Source of the DNA: Thermoanaerobaculia bacterium
Lineage (GTDB): Bacteria; Acidobacteriota; Thermoanaerobaculia; Gp7-AA8
Assembly (NCBI GenBank): GCA_044866315.1
Contig: JBIOTX010000042.1
Location: 1,299-65,298, forward strand
Length of the DNA: 64,000 nt
Direction of reading: 5' to 3'
A program made the translations under genes and the position numbers. Under the pieces are notes generated by a model. It worked only from the letters and a program-made list of their open reading frames with translations. It did no database searches and was not told where the DNA came from. Positions 38,619-52,336 of this stretch are shown here, one piece after another (positions within the stretch are counted from its first letter, which is position 1; each line of letters opens with the position of its first letter).

Positions 38619-39953
38619 TCACCACGTCCGCCGCAGCGGATGGGCCTCGGTGTTGAAGACCACGACGCCGAGGTCCATCGTCTTTTGCGGCGCGAACAGG
38701 AGGTAGAGGTACTTGAGCGTCTCGGCCAGGAAGTAGCTGGGCATCAGGTCGCCCTTCTCCTTCGTGACCACGTTCTTGAGCGTGGTGTACCCGGCGTCGG
38801 TGCGGCAGTGGCGGACGAGGTCCTCGAAGAACGTCCGTCCCATCTCCCGGTAGCGGGGATCGCCGGTGTAGTGGTGGAGGTAGTACGCCGACTCCATGAT
38901 CTCCGGCCGCAGCGGGTAGCCGGCGTGGACGACCTTCATGGTCCGGTAGTCGAGGACCTCCGGCTCGATCCCGTGCAGCTTCCACATCTCGAAGCACGAC
39001 GCCTGGAGGCGCCGGGCGCGGCGGCGGTCGCCGCCGAGGGCGAGGACCGAGGGGAGAAAGGCGTGCAGGGCGCCGTATTCGGTCGCCGTGCGCTTTCCGG
39101 TGACCATGTCCACCTGCCCGTACCAGAAGCCGGAGGGCACCTGATGCGCCAGATGTTTGTTCAGCGCGCGGACGCTCTCCTTCCACATCCGCTCGCAGTC
39201 GCGGTCGCCGAAGAGGATCCAGCACTTGAGGAGGTACTCGTAGTACGAGTCGATGCCGCCGCCGACGTGGCTGGCGCGGCTGACCCATTGGCCGGTCTCG
39301 ACGTTGATCTCCTCGCCGACCAGGCCGATCTTCGAGCGGCGGTTGTAGAGCTGGACCAGCGCGTTCTTGGCCTTGTCGTAGTAGACCGGCTTGCCGGTGA
39401 GCTTCGCGAGCGTCCCGAATTCGAGGAGCAGGGTGCCGATCTCGGCTGGGTTCGAGGTCGCGCCGCTGGTCTTCCCCGTCTTCAGGTTCACGTACATGTA
39501 GGGCATGCCGGTGGGGGAGTCGAATGCCGGGAGCAGGCGCGTGCCGAGGTCGTCGGCCAGGCGGAGGAGCGAGGGGTCGCCGGTCATCTGATAGGCCGAG
39601 AGCAGCCCGCCGAGGATGCGGATGGTGATCTCGAAGTTCTTGACCGAGATGTCCTTGTCGAAGGAGAGGGTCTCGACGATGAGCTTCTTCGCCTTCTCCG
39701 CCTCGGCGTCGAGACCCATGAGCAGCAGCGTGTCCAGGGTGTCGACGGGAGTCATGAGCAGGGACTCGGTGCCGTGCCAGTCGCGGACGCCTTTGGTGAG
39801 CGGCCTCAGCTCGTCGTGTCCCCAGGCGTGGCGCTCGTAGGACTGCCACGAGTACAGGAGCTCGGCGCGGACGCGGCCGGCGAGGTCGTCGCCTCTCGCG
39901 GACAGGGCTGCGCAGAGGACGAGAAAGGCGGCGAGGCCCGAAAGACGCTGCAT
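38619..39953 (-). CDS. Glycoside hydrolase family 47 (class I alpha-1,2-mannosidase-like), secreted
   Basis: HAWGHDELRP, VKNFEITIRILGGLLSAY, EIGTLLLEFGTLAK and CWILFGD are GH47 blocks. N-terminal signal peptide. Confidence 0.8.
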   Translation of the reverse strand: MQRLSGLAAFLVLCAALSARGDDLAGRVRAELLYSWQSYERHAWGHDELRPLTKGVRDWHGTESLLMTPVDTLDTLLLMGLDAEAEKAKKLIVETLSFDKDISVKNFEITIRILGGLLSAYQMTGDPSLLRLADDLGTRLLPAFDSPTGMPYMYVNLKTGKTSGATSNPAEIGTLLLEFGTLAKLTGKPVYYDKAKNALVQLYNRRSKIGLVGEEINVETGQWVSRASHVGGGIDSYYEYLLKCWILFGDRDCERMWKESVRALNKHLAHQVPSGFWYGQVDMVTGKRTATEYGALHAFLPSVLALGGDRRRARRLQASCFEMWKLHGIEPEVLDYRTMKVVHAGYPLRPEIMESAYYLHHYTGDPRYREMGRTFFEDLVRHCRTDAGYTTLKNVVTKEKGDLMPSYFLAETLKYLYLLFAPQKTMDLGVVVFNTEAHPLRRTW

Positions 39954-39983
39954 CCGGGTATCATCGCCCGCTCTTCCCCGGCT

Positions 39984-40007
39984 GTCATCCCGAGCGAAGT
40001 CGAGGGA
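39984..40007. repeat. Solo half-site of the REP-like element seen at 20056-20137
   Basis: gtcatcccgagcgaagtcgaggga compared with gtcgtcccgagcggtagcgaggga, and with the reverse complement of the 20114-20137 arm. Confidence 0.7.
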
Positions 40008-40042
40008 AGAAACAAAATCGGGCCATAACTGTTGGAGACCCC

Positions 40043-42712
40043 GTGTTGACCTCGAGCCAGATCCGCGAGACGTTTCTCGCCTATTTCGAAAAGAACGGGC
40101 ACCGCCGTGTGCCCAGCTCGTCGCTCGTTCCGGCGGGCGATCCGACCCTGCTCTTCACCAACGCCGGGATGAACCAGTTCAAGGACGTCTTCCTCGGCCG
40201 CGAGGCGCGCGACTACAGCCGCGCTGCGACCTCCCAGAAGTGCGTCCGCGCCGGCGGCAAGCACAACGACCTCGAGAACGTCGGCCGCACCGCGCGCCAC
40301 CACACGTTCTTCGAGATGCTCGGCAATTTCTCCTTCGGCGACTACTTCAAGGAAGACGCGATCCGCTTCGCCTGGGAACTGCTCGTCGACGTCTACGGCC
40401 TGGACCCGGAGCGCCTCTGGTTCAGCATCTTCGAGGGCGATGAGTCGGTGCCCGCGGACGAAGAGGCGGCCGCGCTGTGGGTGAAGGTGGGCGCGAGGCC
40501 CGAGCGCGTGCTGCGCTTCGGCAAGAAGGACAACTTCTGGCAGATGGGCGACACCGGTCCGTGCGGACCGTGCTCGGAGATCCACTACTTCCGCGGCGAC
40601 GACCTCTCCAAGAACGTCCCCGAGCTGGTGAACGGCCCCGGCGACGACACGATGGAGGTCTGGAACCTCGTGTTCATGCAGTACGACCGCGACGAGAACG
40701 GCGTGCTGCACCCGCTGCCCGCGCCCTCTGTGGACACCGGCATGGGCCTCGAGCGCATCAGCCTGGTGCTGCAGAACGCCGGCACGAACTACGACACGGA
40801 TATCTTCACGCCGATCATGCGCCGGGTGGAGGAAGTCGGCGGCTACCAGTACCGCGGAGACATGGAGGATGACCTCGACACGGCCGTGCGCGTCCTCTGC
40901 GACCACGCCCGCGCGGCGACGTTCCTCATCAGCGACGGGGTCATCCCATCGAACGAGGGCCGCGGCTACGTGCTGCGGCGCATCATCCGCCGGGCGATCC
41001 GCTTCGGCCGCAAGCTTCCCAATGCCGTGCTGCTCACGCATCTCGTCGACTCCGTCGTCGCTGCGATGGGCGACGCCTATCCCGAGCTGCGCGAGCGCCG
41101 CGAGGCGATGCTCAAGACCCTCCAGGCCGAGGAGGAGCGCTTCTCGCGCACGCTCACGACGGGCATGGAGCGCGTGGGGCAGGTCCTCGACGACGTCCGT
41201 CACCGCGGCGAGACCACCCTCGGCGGCGCCGAGATCTTCCGCCTCTACGACACCTACGGCATCCCCATCGATCTCATCGCCGAGATGGCGGAAGAGGAAG
41301 GGGTGCGGCTCGATCGCGAGGGCTTCGAGCAGATGATGGCCGACGCGCGCGTGCGGGCGAAGGCGTCCTCGAAGTTCGCGATGAGCGGGAACGCCCAGTT
41401 GTTCGCCGACGTGCCGCCCGTGCGATTCGTCGGCTACGACCAAATGACCGATGTCCCCGCCGCCGTCGAAGCGATCGTGATCGACGGCGATCCGCGCGAC
41501 GCGCTGCATCACGGCAGCGAAGGCGACATCGTCATCGATCCGACGCCGTTCTACGCGGAGTCAGGCGGGCAGATCGGCGATACGGGCGTCCTCGAGTGGG
41601 ACGGCGGCCGTGCGACCGTGCTCGATACCCAGAAGCCGTTCGGCGAGGTGATCGTCTCGCGCGTGCGTGTCGACGAGGGTTCGCTCGCGATCGGTACGCC
41701 GGTGCGCGCGTCGGTCCCGGTGCCTCAGCGCCTCGACACCACCGCCAACCACACCGCCACGCACCTGCTCCACAAGGCCCTCAAGGACATCCTCGGGCCG
41801 ACGGTGCAGCAGGCCGGCTCGCTGGTCGCGCCGGACCGCCTGCGCTTCGACTACACCTATCAGCAGCCGCTGACCGACAACCAGATCAAGGCCATCGAGG
41901 ACGCGGTCAACGACAAGATCCGCGAGAACCTCTCCGTCACCAAGACCATCATGCCGATCGAAGAGGCGAAGAAGAGCGGCGCGGTGGCGATGTTCGGGGA
42001 GAAATACGGCGAGCAGGTACGCATCGTGGCCGCGGGCGAGTACTCGCGTGAGTTCTGCGGCGGCTGCCACGTCAACCGCACGGGCGACATCGGCGTCTTC
42101 AAGATCACCTCCGACCGCTCGCTCGCTGCCGGAGTGCGGCGCATGGAGGCGCTCACCGGCCGCGGCGCGCTTTCGTACTTCCGGAAGCTGGACGACGCCA
42201 CGCGGTCGCTCACCTCGCAGGCGAACGTCGCCCTCGACGAGCTCCCGACGTACGTCCGCTCGCTGCAGGAGAAGCAGAAGCAGCTCGAGAAGGAGCTGAA
42301 GGCGCTGAAGGTGCGTCTGGCGACCGGCGGAGCGACTCCTGCCGCGGGCGCCGACGAATCGGTCGACGTGGAAGGGGTGAAGCTCATCGCCCGCCGCGTG
42401 GACGACGTCAGCGGCGGCGATCTCCGCAACCTCGCCGACACCTTCCGCTCCAAGCTCAAGAGCGGCGTAGTCGTCCTCGGCACCGCCACGGACGGCAAGG
42501 TCACACTCCTCACCGCGGTCACGAAAGACCTCGTCGGCCGGGTCCAGGCGAACACCCTCATCGGGAAACTGGCCCCCATCGTCGGCGGCAAGGGCGGGGG
42601 CAAGCCCGATCTCGCCCAGGCCGGCGGCAAGGACGCCGACAAGCTGAACGAGGCCCTCGCCCAGGCGCCGGCGGCGCTGCGCGAACTGCTCTCGGAAAGC
42701 GTCCCGGCGTGA
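40043..42712 (+). CDS. alaS: Alanine--tRNA ligase
   Basis: FTNAGMNQFK, HHTFFEMLGNFSFGDYFK, the editing-domain HTATHLLH...CGGCH motifs and a C-terminal DHHA1-like tail. GTG/TTG start. Confidence 0.95.
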   Translation: MLTSSQIRETFLAYFEKNGHRRVPSSSLVPAGDPTLLFTNAGMNQFKDVFLGREARDYSRAATSQKCVRAGGKHNDLENVGRTARHHTFFEMLGNFSFGDYFKEDAIRFAWELLVDVYGLDPERLWFSIFEGDESVPADEEAAALWVKVGARPERVLRFGKKDNFWQMGDTGPCGPCSEIHYFRGDDLSKNVPELVNGPGDDTMEVWNLVFMQYDRDENGVLHPLPAPSVDTGMGLERISLVLQNAGTNYDTDIFTPIMRRVEEVGGYQYRGDMEDDLDTAVRVLCDHARAATFLISDGVIPSNEGRGYVLRRIIRRAIRFGRKLPNAVLLTHLVDSVVAAMGDAYPELRERREAMLKTLQAEEERFSRTLTTGMERVGQVLDDVRHRGETTLGGAEIFRLYDTYGIPIDLIAEMAEEEGVRLDREGFEQMMADARVRAKASSKFAMSGNAQLFADVPPVRFVGYDQMTDVPAAVEAIVIDGDPRDALHHGSEGDIVIDPTPFYAESGGQIGDTGVLEWDGGRATVLDTQKPFGEVIVSRVRVDEGSLAIGTPVRASVPVPQRLDTTANHTATHLLHKALKDILGPTVQQAGSLVAPDRLRFDYTYQQPLTDNQIKAIEDAVNDKIRENLSVTKTIMPIEEAKKSGAVAMFGEKYGEQVRIVAAGEYSREFCGGCHVNRTGDIGVFKITSDRSLAAGVRRMEALTGRGALSYFRKLDDATRSLTSQANVALDELPTYVRSLQEKQKQLEKELKALKVRLATGGATPAAGADESVDVEGVKLIARRVDDVSGGDLRNLADTFRSKLKSGVVVLGTATDGKVTLLTAVTKDLVGRVQANTLIGKLAPIVGGKGGGKPDLAQAGGKDADKLNEALAQAPAALRELLSESVPA

Positions 42713-42775
42713 CTTAGCCGCGCCCTTCGTGTAGGCTAAACGACGCTCTCACAAGCACTACGAAGGGGTGGAGAG

Positions 42776-44095
42776 ATGAAATTCAATCAGTGGCGTGCCC
42801 TCGTCATTGCGTTGGGGGTCGTAGTCGTGGCCGGTACGGCCGGCATCGCGCACGCGCAGTGCGGTCCGATGGACGTGGCGTTCGTCATCGACACCACGGG
42901 CAGCATGGGCGGCGTGCTCGACAACGTGAAAGCCGAGCTCCCCGACATCATCGCCCAGGTCCAGGAAGCGTCGGGCGGGGACTTCCGCCTGGCCCTGCTG
43001 CGCTTCGAGGACGACGTCTTCGTCCTCAACGACATGGCCGCCGGCAACACCGAGGCGGTCAAGACCGCGATCGCAGGCCTCAGTGCCGGCGGCGGTGCCG
43101 GCGAGCCGGAGGCCTCGGACGAGGCCGTGCGTACGGTCGTCGAGGGTCTCAGCGCGTCCGACCGTCCCGCGGGCAGACAGACCGGCGATTTCGCCGGCGG
43201 CTTCCGCCCCGAGGCGACGAAAGTGATCATTCTGGTCACGGACGCGCGGCCGGCGGGCTTCGATGACTCGTTCAGCGAAACCGACCGGGACAATGTCGAA
43301 GAGATCGCCACGAAGGCGGCCAGTCTCGGCATCCACATCTCGGCGATCTTCACCCCCACCGGCGCGGAGAGCCTCCGCGACGAGATCGTGGAGATCATGC
43401 AGCTCTGGGCCTCGCTCTCCGCCGGCTTCTATCTGGAGGCCAACGAGGACGGCTCGGGTACGGCCGAGGCGATGGTCGAGATCATCGCTGCCTGCGGCGG
43501 CGGCGCGGGTGCGGGCGCGCAGAGCCTGATCCTCGATCCGGGCGTGCTCCTCCTGACCACGGGCGAGACCGGCGACGTCGAGGTGACCAACTTCGCGCCG
43601 GGAGACATCGCCACGCTGTCCTATGACAGCTTTGGCCTGCCGGATGACTCCATCATCTCGTTCGATCGGATAGATCCGGAGATCACGGGCACCGATCTGC
43701 AGCACATGCGCATCACCATCGGACCGGAGACGCCGCCGGGGACGTACATCGTGTACGTCAACGCGCGGCATTCGGACAGTACCATCGTCCAGACGAACAA
43801 CCTGGTCGTGGCTGTCGACTGCAAGCCGCCGGCGCTCCTGGGGACGGGGCAGCTGACCACCCAGAGCGTGCCCCGCGGCTCCGCGGCGACGCTCAGCGTC
43901 TCGCCGGTCGGCTCGGGACCGTTTCGGTACCAGTGGTTCAGCGGCTTCACCGGCATGACCGGCTCACCGATCGAAGGGGCGACCCGGTCGACCTTCACCA
44001 CGCCGGCGGCGAACGACTTCGGCGCCTACTGGGTGCGGGTCACCAACATCTGCGGCACCTTCGACAGCAACACGGCCTTCGTGATCCCTCAATGA
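42776..44095 (+). CDS. Secreted von Willebrand factor A domain protein with a C-terminal Ig-like domain
   Basis: Signal peptide. MIDAS motif DVAFVIDTTGSMGG. ILVTDARP. The C-terminal RYQWFSG...GAYWVRVTNICG resembles Ig-like repeats. Confidence 0.75.
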   Translation: MKFNQWRALVIALGVVVVAGTAGIAHAQCGPMDVAFVIDTTGSMGGVLDNVKAELPDIIAQVQEASGGDFRLALLRFEDDVFVLNDMAAGNTEAVKTAIAGLSAGGGAGEPEASDEAVRTVVEGLSASDRPAGRQTGDFAGGFRPEATKVIILVTDARPAGFDDSFSETDRDNVEEIATKAASLGIHISAIFTPTGAESLRDEIVEIMQLWASLSAGFYLEANEDGSGTAEAMVEIIAACGGGAGAGAQSLILDPGVLLLTTGETGDVEVTNFAPGDIATLSYDSFGLPDDSIISFDRIDPEITGTDLQHMRITIGPETPPGTYIVYVNARHSDSTIVQTNNLVVAVDCKPPALLGTGQLTTQSVPRGSAATLSVSPVGSGPFRYQWFSGFTGMTGSPIEGATRSTFTTPAANDFGAYWVRVTNICGTFDSNTAFVIPQ

Positions 44096-44116
44096 TCCAT
44101 TGATTGCATCTCCCGG

Positions 44117-44149
44117 AAAAACCCGCGCGAATGCCCGCGCGGGTTTTTT
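44117..44149 (+). terminator. Rho-independent terminator (A-tract/stem/T-tract, potentially bidirectional)
   Basis: aaaaacccgcgcg - aatgcc - cgcgcgggttttt, followed by one more t. It lies 22 nt after the vWA stop. Confidence 0.8.
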
Positions 44150-44164
44150 GTTTCTACTGACCCG

Positions 44165-44911
44165 ATGACCACCCACGCCTGGGGCACCCAGCCCGAGATG
44201 TTCGGCCCCCGCCACGAGCACCGCCTCGGCATGATCGTGCGCGAGGTGGAGAAGCTCCCGCGCGGCGCGCGCCTCCTCGACGGCGCGATCGGCCTCGGCC
44301 AGCTCGCCGGGCGCATGGAGCAGCGCGGCTACCGCGTCTTCGGCATCGACTACGCGTTCGAGGCCGCGCTGCACGTCCGCCGGACGTCGGCGATTCCGGT
44401 CGTCGTCGGCGACATGACCCGCATGCCCTTCAGAGACGGCGCCTTCGCCGGCGTTACGACGGGCGAGACCCTCGAGCACCTCGACGACGATGCCGGCGCC
44501 GCCCGCGAGATCGCGCGCGTCCTCCAGCCCGGCGGCGCGTGCGTCGCGACCGTACCCGCCCTCCAGAGCCTCTGGAGCGCGTCGGACGACTACTACGAGC
44601 ACCGCCGCCGCTACTCCCGCGCCCAGCTCACGGAGATGTTCACCCGCGCCGGGATGGTGATCGAGAAGGCGACGTACTGGGGCTTCCCGGTCGTCCTCAC
44701 CTACGACACGCTGTTCCTCCTCCCCATGAACAAGCGCCGCGCGAAGCGCGCGGTCGCCGAGGACGCCGCGCTGCAGTCGGTGGCGCGGGTGGGGCGGGCG
44801 CGGGGGCTGGTGCGGCTGGTGCGGGCGGTGTTCGCGATCGATCGGTTGTTCGCGTGGCTGCCGTTCGGGCCGGGATTGTTGATGGTGGGGAGGAAGGGTA
44901 GGATTTTGTGA
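44165..44911 (+). CDS. Class I SAM-dependent methyltransferase
   Basis: LLDGAIGLGQL, VFGIDY, LQPGGACV blocks. C-terminal hydrophobic tail. Confidence 0.75.
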   Translation: MTTHAWGTQPEMFGPRHEHRLGMIVREVEKLPRGARLLDGAIGLGQLAGRMEQRGYRVFGIDYAFEAALHVRRTSAIPVVVGDMTRMPFRDGAFAGVTTGETLEHLDDDAGAAREIARVLQPGGACVATVPALQSLWSASDDYYEHRRRYSRAQLTEMFTRAGMVIEKATYWGFPVVLTYDTLFLLPMNKRRAKRAVAEDAALQSVARVGRARGLVRLVRAVFAIDRLFAWLPFGPGLLMVGRKGRIL

Positions 44912-45120
44912 TGGCGAAGCGGAAGCCGATCGAGCAAACGATGCCTCCCGACGCGGCGCCGGGGGAGTACGGGCCGATCACCTACGACGAGTTCCTCGCT
45001 CTTCCTGAAGACGTTCGGCAGCGCCGAGCCAAGCGGGTCTACGAGAAGTTCATGGCCCTGAAGGGGAAGATCCACATCGAACTCGACATCGACGAGGCGC
45101 GTGGCCGTAATCGTCGATAG
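44911..45120 (+). CDS. Putative antitoxin partner of the downstream PIN toxin (family not recognised)
   Basis: The ~69 aa ORF starts at an ATG overlapping the methyltransferase stop (TGATG). Its 3-prime end overlaps the PIN gene by 20 nt. Confidence 0.5.
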   Translation: MAKRKPIEQTMPPDAAPGEYGPITYDEFLALPEDVRQRRAKRVYEKFMALKGKIHIELDIDEARGRNRR

Positions 45121-45487
45121 CTCCGTCTGGATCGATGCCATTTCCGGCCGGACATACTCCGCGTTCGAGAAGGCACTCGCAGACGGAACTCTGTTTCTCT
45201 CGCCGCTCGTCATCGCAGAAGTGCTGTCGGGCGACGTTACTCCGGCACAGCGTGCGCTAGTCGGGGAAATTCTGCAGGATTTCAGCGTCCACAGCACACC
45301 GCTCGCACACTGGTTGGCCGTTGGCGAGCTTCGTCGCATGCTCCGCACTCATGGCATCAACGTGACGATTCCTGATGCCCACTTGGCCCAATGTGCCCTG
45401 GATCGTGACGCTACCCTCCTCACCCGCGACGAGATCTTCACCCGCATCGCCGAACACACCCCGCTCCGCCTCGGGCATCTCCGCTAG
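45101..45487 (+). CDS. vapC: PIN domain ribonuclease, VapC-type toxin
   Basis: VIVDSSVWID (first acidic residue), AEVLSG, IPDAHLAQCAL and LLTRD are the conserved PIN acidic positions. GTG start. Confidence 0.8.
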   Translation: MAVIVDSSVWIDAISGRTYSAFEKALADGTLFLSPLVIAEVLSGDVTPAQRALVGEILQDFSVHSTPLAHWLAVGELRRMLRTHGINVTIPDAHLAQCALDRDATLLTRDEIFTRIAEHTPLRLGHLR

Positions 45488-45513
45488 AATCCCCCTCCAG
45501 ACGGGAGGCTGAC

Positions 45514-45822
45514 ATGTCCGAGATCGACAAGCCCAGCAAAGCCGAGGACGAGTACTTCGCCAAGCAGGAGCTGGAGCGGCGGAAGAAGTGGGCCCAGGAG
45601 CGGGCCGCGCAGATGGCGACCGAGGAGAAGGAGCGGCTCAAACAGGCTCACTGGATGAAGTGTCCGAAGTGCGGGATGGATCTCAAGGAGATCGAGTTCC
45701 ACGGGGTGAAGGTCGATCAGTGTGCGAACTGCGGGGGGATCTACCTCGACGCCGGCGAGATCGAGCAGATCGCGAAGCATGAGGAAGGCGTGATGAGCCG
45801 GGTCTTTTCCATCTTCCGCTGA
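45514..45822 (+). CDS. TFIIB-type zinc-ribbon protein (zf-TFIIB family)
   Basis: CPKCGMDLKEIEFHGVKVDQCANCGGIYLDAGEIEQI. GGGAGG RBS. Confidence 0.7.
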   Translation: MSEIDKPSKAEDEYFAKQELERRKKWAQERAAQMATEEKERLKQAHWMKCPKCGMDLKEIEFHGVKVDQCANCGGIYLDAGEIEQIAKHEEGVMSRVFSIFR

Positions 45823-46313
45823 TGCTGTTTCTGGCGCCCGCAGATCTGCGCGCGGTGGACGCTCGGGCGCTCCACGAGCTGCTCGGGCGCTCGGAGCTGA
45901 CGGTGGCGGCAGGGGAGGGGGCGGTCGGCGGGCTGGCCGCGGCGGCGCTGCTGTTCGCGGACTACGCCGTGCTCCGCGAGGACGCCACGCTCGTCCTCGA
46001 CGTGCCGGAAGGGTGGGCGGGGGCGGCGTGGCGGGTGGGGCGGCGCCTCCTGACCCTCGGTGACACCTTCGACGCCGCCGCCGCGCGGGAACACGGGCTC
46101 TGCGATGAGCTGTTCTCGAACGCGACCGCCGAGGAGTGGCTCGCGGGGTGGATGGGCGGGCGGAGTGCTCTGGCCCTCGACGCCGCGGCGATGCTGATCC
46201 GCTCGCGCGGCGGAGACCGCCTGGAGCGGGCCGAGTTCGCCCGGCTGTTCGCGGCGGGCGAGCCGCAGAAGGGGCTGGGCGCGTTCCTCGCTAAGCGAAC
46301 CCCTTCGTATTAG
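45822..46313 (+). CDS. Short enoyl-CoA hydratase/isomerase (crotonase)-like protein lacking the usual N-terminal third
   Basis: [22 protein letters not shown]...[13 protein letters not shown]...[15 protein letters not shown] matches only the C-terminal two thirds of crotonase-fold proteins. The start overlaps the preceding stop (TGATG). Confidence 0.55.
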   Translation: MLFLAPADLRAVDARALHELLGRSELTVAAGEGAVGGLAAAALLFADYAVLREDATLVLDVPEGWAGAAWRVGRRLLTLGDTFDAAAAREHGLCDELFSNATAEEWLAGWMGGRSALALDAAAMLIRSRGGDRLERAEFARLFAAGEPQKGLGAFLAKRTPSY

Positions 46314-46333
46314 AGTTCCTATCCGGAGACGCT

Positions 46334-48097
<1,764 letters not shown>

Positions 48098-48634
48098 CGC
48101 CGGCCTTGCGCTCGACGACCATCAGCTTCGCCACCATGGCCGCGCGCGAGCTCACCTCGAGCTTTTCGAAGATGCGGCGCAGGTAGGTGTTGACCGTCCA
48201 CGAGCTGATGTCGAGCGCCGCGGCGATGGTTTTATTCGAATAACCGTCGGCGACCATGCGCGCGATCTCCAGCTCGCGGCTGCTGAGACGATGGATTCCA
48301 CTGTGGTCCATCCGAAGAACGAGACAGCGATAGCCGTCGACCTCGACGTCCACCAGGACTTCGGACTCCGTATCGGCCTCGGCGATGGCTCGCTCCACGA
48401 GCCGCTCGGCGAGCTCCTGTATTTCGTCCACCGACTGGACCTCGCATTCCGCGAGACACTCACATCATTAGTGACGGACGCGGCCTACGCGTTTCACTCT
48501 AGAGACACGAAACCGTTACGGGAAGGGTTTTGTCAGGCGGAGCGGAAGTGTCCTGTCATGAATTGCGGAGCCCGCGTCATAGCTGTGTAAACGGTCGCTT
48601 ATCATGGGCCGTCGATTCACTCTGGAGGATTGGA

Positions 48635-49726
48635 ATGCGGCTACGACTGCCACTGCTCGTGCTCCTGGTGCTGTTCGCAACCTCGGGCTTTGCCAAGGAG
48701 GTCTATCTCTCCATCGGCGGCAGCGCGAACGGCTTCTTCACGGACGCGCGCATCGTCAACCCCTCGTTCGAGAAAGACATCATCATCACCGCGCGCTACC
48801 TCATCGCCAGCGACGGCAGCGCGAACAACAGCGCCGCGGCCCCGGTGACGATCACCGTGCCGAAGCGCTCCATGGCCGTGTACGACGATGTGGTCAAGGC
48901 GCTGTTCCCCGGCGCGCCGGCCCTCGGCGCCATCCGCCTGAGCTCCGACGACAACTTCATCGCCACCCAGCGCATCTATGCGGACAAGCGGTCCGACCGC
49001 CAGCAGGGCACGCTCGGCCAGTTCGTGCCCGGTCTCGACTCCGCTGCTGCGAGAGCGAAGGGCGTGGTGGCCCAGCTCAAGATCGGGCAGGCCGCCCTGG
49101 GCAACTTCCGCACGAACTTCGGCGCCGTCAATCCGAACGGGACGGCGGCGAATGTGACCCTGCGGCTGTACGACAAGAACAACGCCGTCACCGCCACCAG
49201 GCAGCTCGTCCTCGCCCCCTTCGGGGCCATGGTGCCGACCCAGGTCTTCGGCTTCTTCGGCAGTCCGGCCGGCGACCACAGCGACGCCTGGATCAGCTAC
49301 GAATCCGACCAGCCGATCCTGGTCTGGTGCTCCATCGTCGACAACGGCTCGGAGGATCCGACGTTTGTCACCGCGTCGGAGGACACCGGCAACGCGCCGC
49401 CGCCCACGCCGACCAACAAGACCGTGACCGTCACCGCGCGCGACTTCTCCTTCACCGTCACCACCTCCGGCGCTCTGCGGAAGGGCGACACCGTCAAGTT
49501 CATCATCAGCGCGGCCAACGGCGCGCACGGCTTCAACTTCTCCACGCCGGACGGGACGACGCTGATCGACATCCTCACTCCGCTCACGTCCACTCCCATC
49601 GAGCGCACGATCACGCTGCCCGCCGACGGCACCTATTTCTACTTCTGCACGCTCTCCAGCTGCGGCAGCGGCCACCTGGCCATGACCGGCGAGATGGAAA
49701 TCGGCGGTCCCGACGACCCGTATTGA
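48635..49726 (+). CDS. Secreted protein with a C-terminal cupredoxin (COX2/CuA-like) domain
   Basis: GGAGGA RBS. MRLRLPLLVLLVLFATSGFA signal peptide. C-terminal ...AANGAHGFNF...GTYFYFCTLSSCGSGHLAMTGEMEI. Confidence 0.7.
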   Translation: MRLRLPLLVLLVLFATSGFAKEVYLSIGGSANGFFTDARIVNPSFEKDIIITARYLIASDGSANNSAAAPVTITVPKRSMAVYDDVVKALFPGAPALGAIRLSSDDNFIATQRIYADKRSDRQQGTLGQFVPGLDSAAARAKGVVAQLKIGQAALGNFRTNFGAVNPNGTAANVTLRLYDKNNAVTATRQLVLAPFGAMVPTQVFGFFGSPAGDHSDAWISYESDQPILVWCSIVDNGSEDPTFVTASEDTGNAPPPTPTNKTVTVTARDFSFTVTTSGALRKGDTVKFIISAANGAHGFNFSTPDGTTLIDILTPLTSTPIERTITLPADGTYFYFCTLSSCGSGHLAMTGEMEIGGPDDPY

Positions 49727-49747
49727 TGCGGCGCGAAGCGAGGTAGC

Positions 49748-49777
49748 CAAAGGCCGGACCGCTGGGTCCGGCCTTTG
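49748..49777 (+). terminator. Rho-independent terminator candidate
   Basis: caaaggccggacc - gctg - ggtccggcctttg, followed by ctttctct. It lies 22 nt after the cupredoxin-gene stop. Confidence 0.7.
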
Positions 49778-49822
49778 CTTTCTCTGCTAAACTCAGCCGC
49801 AGCTGGGAGTGTCGGGAAGGGG

Positions 49823-52332
<2,510 letters not shown>

Positions 52333-52336
<4 letters not shown>

